From the IMG/VR virus record IMGVR_UViG_3300042562_003539, positions 4,912 to 68,911 of that record: DNA of 64,000 nucleotides. One strand, given 5' to 3'. Position numbers and translations under genes: made by a program. The notes under the pieces are model-generated. The model had not been told where the DNA came from. It did not search any database and saw only the letters and a list, made by a program, of their open reading frames with translations. This DNA is from a virus. This document shows positions 46,580 to 56,500 of the stretch, one piece after another; position 1 is the stretch's first letter; each line of letters starts with the position of its first letter.

Positions 46580-47634
46580 CAGCCACCTGTGTCTATTGAT
46601 TCAAAACAAAGATCTTCATATCTTTTAATCATGTTGTCATAAGAAAACTGATTTGCCCATTCAATGCAGTTACTTGATTTAATTGTTGAAACAGCATCAT
46701 CTTTGATAAGTTTTTCCATTTCTTCTTGACTGTTCACAAGGAATCCTGTTTCGCCATGCTTGATTGTTTCCTTGCAAGCACCATGATTCCATGCGATTAC
46801 AGGCATACCGCATAGTTGAGCTTCAACTGGAGCAAGTCCAAATGGCTCACGGAAGTGTTTATTGGGGTGTAGGAGGGCTTTATTCGTATTGAACCATACG
46901 CTGCACTCATCACGGTTTTGATGCCCTACATACCTAAGATTGGGCGATACAGAGCATTTGGTCTTAATGCTGTTGAGAAGATCGGGTTCTCCTGTGATTC
47001 TGTCATCTCCGACTAGATCCAATCCAATTTTGCAAGTATTGGCCACATCAACAGCAATATGTGGACCCTTGATTGTGCTTATTCTGGCGAGGAAGAGATA
47101 ACGGTCGTTTCTTGTTAATCCTGTGTTTTTATAAAAATTAACATCAACTCCGTTATAAGCGACACGGGATGCGACTTTCAGGTGTGCGGAGCAACCATCT
47201 GATTGGTCCTTGCTGATGCACACGAAGCATGGGAATGGGACGGATGGCGCTGTGCTGTACATAGTGTCTACAGGAGCGTGTAGAACTCCAAGGATTGGTT
47301 GTGGAAGCTTACCTTCCATTTTCAGGATGTAGCTCCATTTTTCCCAACTATGATCGATGATCACATCAAAGCTTGGTAGTTTGTTCCAATAACCGCTGTA
47401 GGCTTGTCCTTCTGGTTCATATTGTGTTGTTTCATGAATTTCGCAACTACTTGTTGATCCTCTTGGGGCAACAAGCATTACTTCATGACCTTTGGCTTTA
47501 AGACCTTCAGCTATCTGCCAAGCCAGCATTTCTAGTCCAGAATAGCCCTTTGGGGGGCAATGTAGGACTGTGCTGGATATGACACAGATTTTTAACTTTT
47601 TCATTGGAGTCGTTGGCAAGTATGTAAGTTTCAT
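46576..47634 (-). CDS. glycosyltransferase family 4
   Basis: PPKGYSGLE, YNGVD, FLARI..IKG, EPFGLAPVEAQLCGMPVI. Confidence 0.9.
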   Translation of the reverse strand: MKLTYLPTTPMKKLKICVISSTVLHCPPKGYSGLEMLAWQIAEGLKAKGHEVMLVAPRGSTSSCEIHETTQYEPEGQAYSGYWNKLPSFDVIIDHSWEKWSYILKMEGKLPQPILGVLHAPVDTMYSTAPSVPFPCFVCISKDQSDGCSAHLKVASRVAYNGVDVNFYKNTGLTRNDRYLFLARISTIKGPHIAVDVANTCKIGLDLVGDDRITGEPDLLNSIKTKCSVSPNLRYVGHQNRDECSVWFNTNKALLHPNKHFREPFGLAPVEAQLCGMPVIAWNHGACKETIKHGETGFLVNSQEEMEKLIKDDAVSTIKSSNCIEWANQFSYDNMIKRYEDLCFESIDTGGW

Positions 47635-48287
47635 TAGGCTCTGATCTCCAATGGTTTGAATCCGCCAATTTCACTTTGTCCCAGTCCTGCATGTCGGCAT
47701 TGCACACTGGTATCAACATAAATTTTGAATCCATGATTTCTGGCATGTTTGCAGAAAGTAAAGTCTTCGCTTGTTTTTTCAAGATGAGGAAGATCAGTTC
47801 TATCGCATCGCCATTCAAACCATTGGCAACGATTACTGAGTGGAGGTAATTGTTTGATAACATCACGATGTATGAGAAGGCATCCTGCTCCTACATAATC
47901 GACTTCCAGAAGGTCAGGAGCATTAAATTCTTGAATCCATTGAGGACCATTTTCTGATTCTCTCAACATTACAGGGGCAAGTGGTTCGTATCTTCTGTAG
48001 TACAAGCCACTTACGATTGGCTTCTTGTGTGACATTAGTTTTATGATTGCATCAGGAGGAGGAATAACATCATCGTCAAGGAAGAATAGCCATTCCCAGC
48101 CGAGTTCGAGTAGTTTTAGGCATCCTGTATTGCGAGCATGGTCATATGGCATTCCTTGGAGTGCTGTGACTGCACCGGGAATTTGAAGGTTTCTGAGTCC
48201 GAAAGCCCATGCAACTGGTGCATATTCTCTTGTTAAAATACAGCACAGGACACGATTCTGGTTGATAAGTTCCCATGATCCCGGCAT
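47634..48287 (-). CDS. glycosyltransferase, GT-A fold (GT2-like)
   Basis: ARN, FFLDDD, VSGLY, GAGCLLI, SEDFTFC, VDTSVQCRH. Confidence 0.85.
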   Translation of the reverse strand: MPGSWELINQNRVLCCILTREYAPVAWAFGLRNLQIPGAVTALQGMPYDHARNTGCLKLLELGWEWLFFLDDDVIPPPDAIIKLMSHKKPIVSGLYYRRYEPLAPVMLRESENGPQWIQEFNAPDLLEVDYVGAGCLLIHRDVIKQLPPLSNRCQWFEWRCDRTDLPHLEKTSEDFTFCKHARNHGFKIYVDTSVQCRHAGLGQSEIGGFKPLEIRA

Positions 48288-48305
48288 AATTGATTCTCAT
48301 TTGTT

Positions 48306-48354
48306 TTGACAATGGTGTCATTGACATTATAATGTAATAGATTTATTTTTTCAA
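48306..48354. promoter_or_regulatory. overlapping divergent sigma70-type promoters
   Basis: + strand TTGACA(48306)-N16-TATAAT(48328); - strand TTGAAA(48354)-N17-TATAAT(48331). Confidence 0.7.
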
Positions 48355-48367
48355 ATGAGGCTTAAAA

Positions 48368-49537
48368 ATGAACGAGATTCAGTTGATGGATGAGCGTGTT
48401 GATAATGTCATGAAGCTTGTCAAGGAAATGGAATCTGCTTTTCTTGAAATTCAAATGCCTAGAACAGAATTTGTTCTAAATAAGTTTGTGGTTGGTCAAC
48501 ACGATCATGATACTCTTGCATATTCTCAATGCGTTTTGGAAATGCAAATCAAATATGATAATTTAAGGAGAGCAAAACTAGGTCGTCGCAGAATTGAAAT
48601 TCAAATAAAAGAACTCGAAGACAAGGGAACCGAAATTGATCAAATTGATGCTGATCTGAAAAGAATCGATTTAGAAGAGCAAGACAGGGCAGTACTAGGC
48701 GCTTTAAGAGAATTTGAGGCTCTTTATAAGATTTGGCAAAGATTTCCCAAAAAGTACACACGAGAAGAAATTGATGCAGCACAACCAGACTATTGGCAAC
48801 TTCGTTTGGAACGACAAGCGCAGCAGGATCTTCAGGCAACTGGCAGGGTTGGCGTTGGCAACAGTGAAGCACTTAGACAGATCAATCTTGCAGCAACTCC
48901 AAAGTTGGACCACATCAGGGAAGTTGAAAAGAAGTATTTAGAGGTCGGCGATGTCAAGATTTTGATTGTTGTTCCAACTCGTGAAAAGGCAGAGAGATTG
49001 CCTGTTTTGGAAAATCTAGCAATTCCATCAGGAGTCCAAGTTAAGTTCCTGAATGTATTTGGAAGGACAACCGCAGATGCATATAACGAAGCGATTCAAA
49101 CTGCGCTGAATGATGGTTGTGATATGCTTTTGACGGTGGAAGATGATACCTTCCCGCCTACTGATGGATTCCAAAGGCTTTTGGCTCGTTACCGTGAAAT
49201 TGGTGATCCTAAAGCTGTTTTGGGTGGTTATTATGTGAAGAAAGTGCCATATCCAGAAGGTGTTCACATTCAGGTTATTGCTGGCAAGCGTCAGGCATTG
49301 ACTTTGAATAAGAATGATGTCGGCGTACATGAAGTTTACACTATTGCTCAAGGTTTCACTCTTTTCCCCATTGAATGTTTTCTTCAGACAGAATATCCTT
49401 GGACAGTGACAACTGCTCATCTCACGCAAGATAGCTTCTTGTCTCAGAAGTTGCGTGAGAAGGGATTTAAGTTGTTGGTTGATGCGAGTGTTCGTTGTCG
49501 TCATGTTGATTTTGCTACTGGCAATTCATACGAATGA
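48368..49537 (+). CDS. coiled-coil domain fused to GT-A glycosyltransferase
   Basis: N-terminal ~190 aa helical; C-terminal LTVEDD, GFTLF, TQDSFL, VDASVRCRH paralogous to 47634..48287. Confidence 0.75.
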   Translation: MNEIQLMDERVDNVMKLVKEMESAFLEIQMPRTEFVLNKFVVGQHDHDTLAYSQCVLEMQIKYDNLRRAKLGRRRIEIQIKELEDKGTEIDQIDADLKRIDLEEQDRAVLGALREFEALYKIWQRFPKKYTREEIDAAQPDYWQLRLERQAQQDLQATGRVGVGNSEALRQINLAATPKLDHIREVEKKYLEVGDVKILIVVPTREKAERLPVLENLAIPSGVQVKFLNVFGRTTADAYNEAIQTALNDGCDMLLTVEDDTFPPTDGFQRLLARYREIGDPKAVLGGYYVKKVPYPEGVHIQVIAGKRQALTLNKNDVGVHEVYTIAQGFTLFPIECFLQTEYPWTVTTAHLTQDSFLSQKLREKGFKLLVDASVRCRHVDFATGNSYE

Positions 49538-49544
49538 GGCGATT

Positions 49545-49916
49545 ATGTTTAGAATTTTAGTTCTTGTTTTATTGTTTTTGTCATTGAGTTTTGTTTGTGC
49601 GGAGGAAGCCTCATCATATGATGAGGCTGTTAAGATTGCGAAGAAAGATAAAAAGAAAATTTTCCTTTATTTCGGTGCATCTTGGTGTGCGCCTTGTCAG
49701 GCGATGAAGAAAATGTTTAAGGAAAAAGAGATAAAGGAAAAGCTTGATAAGTTTGTTGTATTGATTGTTGATGTGGATGAGAATCTGACTTTGAAGAAAA
49801 AGTATAAGGTTAAGAGTATTCCAGATTATCGCATTTTGAATTCAGATCTTGAGGTTGAAAAGAAATTTGTTGGTGGACAGACGAGATATAAGTTTTCAAA
49901 GTGGTTGGATGATTGA
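49545..49916 (+). CDS. thioredoxin-family protein with signal peptide
   Basis: MFRILVLVLLFLSLSFVCA leader; FGASWCAPC; VKSIP. Confidence 0.85.
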   Translation: MFRILVLVLLFLSLSFVCAEEASSYDEAVKIAKKDKKKIFLYFGASWCAPCQAMKKMFKEKEIKEKLDKFVVLIVDVDENLTLKKKYKVKSIPDYRILNSDLEVEKKFVGGQTRYKFSKWLDD

Positions 49917-50503
49917 TGATTAAGTGTGAGTTAGCATTTCCTTCGACGATATATGTTTGTGATTTGAATGATCGTGATTACAGGCAGAATTTAATTGATT
50001 ATACGAGATACCGACAGGCTTCTGATCCTGTCGGTGTTGATAAGACTAATATGGGTGGTGGTTGGCAGAGCCAAGACAATTTTCTTGATAATCGTGTATG
50101 TTCTGAGTTAAAGCGTGATTTATCTGGTTTTGTTCAAAATATTCGTGAATCTTTGACTATTGTTGAAGAAATAAAAATTTACAATTCTTGGGTTAATGTT
50201 AATCCTTCTGGCGCATATAATGCCAGTCATACACATCCACGAAACATATTTTCTGGTTGTTATTATTTACAGGCACCTGAAAATTCTGGAAATATTATTT
50301 TTCATTCTCCTTTGATTGCGAAGGGGATGCTTGATGCTACTTATAAGGATTTTAGTATAGTTACTGCGAATAATTTAATTTATCCTGCAATAGCGGGAAG
50401 ATGTTATATATTTCCTTCTTGGCTTGTGCATAGTGTTCAGATGAATAGATCTTCTGAAGACAGAATCAGCATGAGTTTCAATATATTTTTTGATAAGTTT
50501 TAG
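49913..50503 (+). CDS. 2OG-Fe(II) oxygenase (TIGR02466-like)
   Basis: GGWQS, WVNVN, HTH, SGCYY, FPSWLVHSV, RISMSFN. Confidence 0.85.
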   Translation: MMIKCELAFPSTIYVCDLNDRDYRQNLIDYTRYRQASDPVGVDKTNMGGGWQSQDNFLDNRVCSELKRDLSGFVQNIRESLTIVEEIKIYNSWVNVNPSGAYNASHTHPRNIFSGCYYLQAPENSGNIIFHSPLIAKGMLDATYKDFSIVTANNLIYPAIAGRCYIFPSWLVHSVQMNRSSEDRISMSFNIFFDKF

Positions 50504-50504
50504 A

Positions 50505-53500
50505 TTAGGCAGGATGATCATAAGGCAATTTGCCTTGAAATCCCGATCTTACAATTCTTGGGCTTGGCATAACAAATAGTCCTCCGCTCATAGCGATGCC
50601 TATTTGTTGTTGCATATTTCCTGATATGAATGGTGCGCCAGAGGATGCTCCACGCATTCCGCTTTGATTAACGATATTTCCGCCCGATCCGACATATAAT
50701 GGTTGTCCTTGGAACCCAGAAATTCCATTATATAGTCCAGAGTTTGCGGCAAATGATCCGACTCTTCCGACATATCCGTAATAATATACTCTTCCTGTTG
50801 ATCCGCTGTTAACAGTTCCGCTTGTTACGCCAATTGCTGGTAATCTCATTCCACTTGCTCTTTGCGCTCTTACCACTCTGCTTCCTGATGCTATGCATAC
50901 TGCTTTGATGCCTGAACATAGTTCCTGAAAAACAAAATAATCAAACATTGGTTGATTTGTATTTATTTCTGCTGTTTCTGCAAGATTGTATGGGAATGCT
51001 GCATTCTGTCCACTTGCTGTTGTAAGACCAATTGTTCCAGATGAAAGCTTGCTGCTGGTCATGAATTGAGAATAAGTTACTGTATATAATGTTCCACCAT
51101 CAATTCCAGCTAGTAAATTTCTTGCTTGGCTTAGATTTGCACTTGTTTGAGCAGCAGTTGTGTCTGTTGAATATGTCAATTTATCTGCTGTTGCAACAAT
51201 TGCGCCAGTATTTCCACCTGCAAAATAACCTTTTGTTCCTTCTGAAATTCCAGCAAGGTAATTTCTTGCTTGACTCAAATTTGCTGTTGTTTGAGCAGCA
51301 GTTGTGTCTGTTGAATATGTTAACTTGTCTGCTGTATTCAAACTGTTTGGTTGATTAACATCAGTAGTTCCACCAGCAAAATAACCTTTTGTTGTTCCTT
51401 CTGAAACTCCCGCCAAGCCGTATCTTGCTTGACTTAAATTTGCGCTTGTTTGTGCAACAGTAATATCTGTTGAATATGTTAACTTTTCTGCTGTTGAAAC
51501 AGCAGCTACTCCAGTACTACTTCCACCAGCAAAATAACCTTTTGTTCCTTCTCCAGAACATCCAGCTAATCCATACTTTGCTTGACTTAAATTTGCGCTT
51601 GTTTGTGCAACAGTAATATCTGTTGAATATGTGATTTTATCTGCTGTTGCAACTTCTATGATATTATTAGTTCCGCCAACAAAATAACCTTTTGTTAAAC
51701 CTTCTGATGCACCAGCCAAGTTTCCCCTTGCTTGACTCAAATTTGCAGTTGCTTGAGCAACAGTTGTGTCACTAGAATATGTTAATTTGTATGCTGTTGA
51801 AACAACACCACCACTACTATCACCACCAGCAAAATAACCTTTTGTTCCTTCTCCAGAACATCCCGCCAATGCATACCTTGCTTGACTTAAATTTGCAGTA
51901 GCTTGAGCAGCAGTTGTATCTGTCGAATATGTTAATTTATCTGCTGTTGCAACAACAACAATTCCATTAAATCCTCCAGCAAAATAACCTTGTTTTACTG
52001 GATTTGATAATATTTTTTCTCCAATATGCACATTATCTATTTGTCCGCTTCCAATATTTACATATTGTGTAGTATCACCAAAGAATGTTGGGAATCTTAT
52101 GACACCGCTTCCTATATTTCCAGATCTTATTGTTTCGTTTGCAAGATGAACAGAAATAGAAACTTGTCCAGAAGCAATATTTCCGCTTCTTACTCCTGCG
52201 TTTGAGAAGTTATTTGTTGTGGCATCGCTGAATACAACACCAGAAACTATATTTCCACTTACAACTGAACCAGAAGCCATATTTGTAAATCTAATTTCAT
52301 TAGCTTCTGTTGTTGTTAGTTTGCCTGATATGACTAGGTAAGGTATAATTAAATAATTTTGTGCGCCATCAATTCCTGCTAAACTATTTCTTGCTTGGCT
52401 CAAATTAGCGGTTGTTTGTGCAGCAGTTGTATCAGTAGAAAATAATAGCTTATCCGTTGTTGTGACAGGACCGTTACCGCCAGCAAAATAACCTTCAGTT
52501 GATCCTTCTGAAATTCCTGCTAATTCTCTTCTTGCTTGACTTAAATTTGCAGTAGTTTGAGCGGCAGTTGTATCTGTTGTGTATGTTAATTTATATGCAT
52601 TAAATGTTATGGCAAATGTACCACCACCAGCAAAATAACCTTTAGTTCCTTCACCAGAACATCCAGAAATATAGGCTGTTGCCGTGCTAAGATCCGCTGT
52701 TGTTTGAGCAGCAGTTGTATCATTTGAAAATGTTAATTTGTCTGCCGTTACTAAAACGGTGCTACTCTGTCCACCAGCAAAGTAACCTTTTGTTGTTCCT
52801 TCTGAAATTCCAGCAAGATAATATCTTGCTTGACTTAAATTTGCAGTTGTTTGAGCAACAGTTGTATCATTTGAATATGTTAATTTATCTGCTGTTGATA
52901 AACTGTTTGCACCATCAGTAGTTCCACCAGCAAAATAACCTTTTGTTCTTTCTCCTGAACATCCAGCCAATCCTTGTCTTGCTTGACTTAAATTTGCAGT
53001 TGTTTGAGCAGTAGTTGTATTTGTTGAATATACAATCTTGTCTGTTGTTGCAACATGTCCAGAAAACGAGGTTGTTGCTCCACCAGCAAAATAGCCATTA
53101 GTTGTATAATCAGAAATTCCCGTTAATTCATTTCTTGATTGACTTAGATTGGCAGATGTTTGAGCGGCAGTTGTGTCTGTTGAATATAATATTTTGTCTG
53201 TTGTTGAAACATTTGCTCCTGTAGATCCACCTGCAAAATAACCTTGACTAATTAAAGTGGTTGTTGTTGATATTGATCCACTAACAATTGAGTTGTTATC
53301 GAACATGAAAGCGGTAATACCGCCAGACACATAAAATGCAGTAGGAATTGGCCAAACTCCATTTGCAAGGTTTTGACCTGTTACAGACTGGAGTGCAAAG
53401 TTTCCTGAAGCTAATGCAACATCTGCAAAGTTATAAGCAACAGTTGCATTCGCACCAACCATATTGAAAATAACTGTTCCGCTAGGGACTGCACCACTTG

Positions 53501-56500
53501 TTACTGATGCATTACCAAAATGTATATTTCCAATTGCACCACTTGCTATGTTTCCGCTTCTAATTGAATTGTTTGAAAAGTCAAATGTATAAGCAGTTCC
53601 AGAGCTTATAATACCGCTTACTATGGAGTTGTTATAAACAGATATAACAGAACCGCTTCCAAGAAGAACTGTGTTTATTTGGCCAGAAGATATTGTATCA
53701 TTGGTTATTTGACCGCTATTTATTTGTGACCCACCAATTGCTCCACTTGTTATTGAACCACTATGAACAGAAAATTCAGATAAATTTCCACTTATGACAC
53801 ATCCAGAACTTATTGGTTGTTGGAAAATAGCATTGCTTGATATGTTGCCGCTGAAAATTGCATTGTTTCCAAATGCTCCCAATCCGCCTAATACTCCACT
53901 GCTGATTGCTCCACTGTAAATAGATTGATCTTGAAAAGCAGGATAAACAATTCTTCCTGAAGCGATAGATCCGCTAACAACTGAATTATTGGCAAAATAC
54001 CCACTTGTAACAGTACCAGAAATTGGCAAAAGTCCACCACTAGTGAAATGAAATCTTCCTATTTCGTTGCTAGAAATATTTCCACTGAATATTGCTGCAT
54101 TGCCAATATTTCCACTTCTTACTTGTCCAGAAAAAAGTACAATTTCTTGAGAAACCAAATGGAAATTATTTATTTGACCAGAAGCTATGCTGCCGCTGAC
54201 TACAGTTATGCTGTTAAAGCTTCCACTCGTTGCCATGCCAGAAACGAAATAAGAACCGCTTGAAAAGTGAAATTGTCCGATTTGTCCTGATGCGATGTTT
54301 CCACTGAATATCGATGCTGCATTAGCAAGGTTTCCGCTTCTTACTTGTCCAGAATAAAGTAAAATACCTTCGATAGAAATTTGGAATCTTCCAATGTTTC
54401 CAGAAGCTATACTACCGCTTACTACTGAATTATCGTCGAAGCTTCCACTCATGGCTAAACCAGAAATGAAATAAGCACCGCTTGCAAAATGAAATTGTCC
54501 TATTTCGCTTGAAGAAATATTACCACTAAATATTGAGTTATTTCCAAAACTTCCACTTTGCGTTAGTCCAGAAACTAAATAAGCGCCACTTGTAAAATGA
54601 AATTGTCCAACTTGTCCAGAAGCGATACTTCCACTTCTTGTAGAATTATCTCCGAAACTTCCGCTTTGAGCAAACCCAGAAAATAAATAAGCACCACTTG
54701 CAAAATGAAATCTTCCTATTCGTCCAGATGCTATGCTTCCGCTTACTACTGAGTTATTTCCAAAACTTCCGCTTTTTGTTAATCCAGAAACTAAATAAGC
54801 ACCACTTGTGAAGTTGAATTGTCCAACTTGTCCAGATGCTATGTTTCCACTTACGACTGAATTGTTTCCAAAATTTCCACTCATGGCTAAACCAGAAATG
54901 AAATAAGCACCGTTTGCAAAATGAAATTGTCCTACTTGTCCAGATGCTATATTGCCGCTAAATATTGAGCTATTTCCAAAATCACCACTTGTTGCTAATC
55001 CAGAAATTAAATAAGAACCGCTTGAGAAATGAAATTGTCCAACTTGTCCAGATGCAATATTACCGCTGAAAACATTAGAATAAAACGATGTTGTCCCATC
55101 AACTCCAGCCAAACCAATCCTTGCTTGACTCAGATTTGCAGTAGTTTGAGCAACAGTTGTGTCTGTTGAATATGTCAATTTATCTGCTGTAGCAACACCA
55201 CCACCTGCACTTCCACCAGCAAAATAACCTTTTGTCGATCCTTCTGAAATACCAGTTAATGATTGTCTTTCTTGGCTTAAATTAGCTGTTGTTTGTGCGG
55301 CAGTTATGTCTGTTGAATATGTTAATTTGTCTGCTCTTGCTGTGTTGGAACCAGTACTACCACCAGCAAAGTAACCTTTTGTGCCTTCTCCAGAACATCC
55401 TGCTAATAAAAATCTTGCTAGACTAAGATTTGCGCTTGCTTGTGCAGCAGTTGTGTCTGTTGAATATGTTAATTTGTATGCTGTGACAACAACACCACCT
55501 GCGTTTCCACCAGCAAAATAACCTTTTGTTCCTTCCCCTGAACATCCAGCAAGATAAGATGTTGCTTGACTAAGATTTGCACTTGCTTGAGCAACGGTTG
55601 TGTCTGTTGAATATGTAATTTTATCTGCTGTTGCCTGCGTTGTTGGAGTTCCGCCACCAACAAAATAACCTTTTGTAGATCCTTCAGAAACACCAGCTAA
55701 ACCATCCCTTGCTTGACTTAAATTAGCTGTCGTTTGAGCAGCAGTTGTGTCTGTTGAATATGTTAATTTATCTGCTGTTGTGACCTTGGTATCAGTATCT
55801 CCACCAGCAAAATAACCTTTGGTTCTTTCTCCAGAAACTCCTGCCAAATCTCTTCTTGCTTGACTGATATTTGCAGTAGTTTGCGCCGCAGTTGTGTCTG
55901 TAGGATATGTCAATTTATCTGCTGTTGAAACATAAATACCATTAAATCCACCAGCAAAATAACCTGCACCGAATTGGGTTAAAGAAACACCTATTATTCC
56001 GCTTGTTATTTGACCAGATGTAGGAAGAAGTGTTCCGCTTTGAAAATGTATTTTTCCTATTTGACCAGATGCTATATTTCCACTTGTTACTGAATTATTC
56101 CCAAATTTACCACTTGTTACTAATCCAGAAATTAAATAAGAACCGCTTGAGAAATTAAATTGCCCAATTTGTCCAGATGCAATATTACCGCTGAAAATAG
56201 AGGAACCGCCCATCATTCCACTTGTTATTTGACCAGATGTTGGAAGAAGTGATCCACTTTGAAAATGTATTTTTCCTATTTGACCAGATGTTATATTTCC
56301 AGATAAAACTGCATTATTGGCAATATTTCCGCTTTGAACTTGACCCGACGAAAGAATAATATTTTCAATAGAAATTTGATACTGTCCAATTTGACCAGAT
56401 GCAATATTGCCGCTTGTTATGGAGTTGTTTCCAAAGTCTCCACTTGTTAATAAACCAGAAATTAAATAAGCACCGCTCGCAAAATGAAATTGTCCTATTT

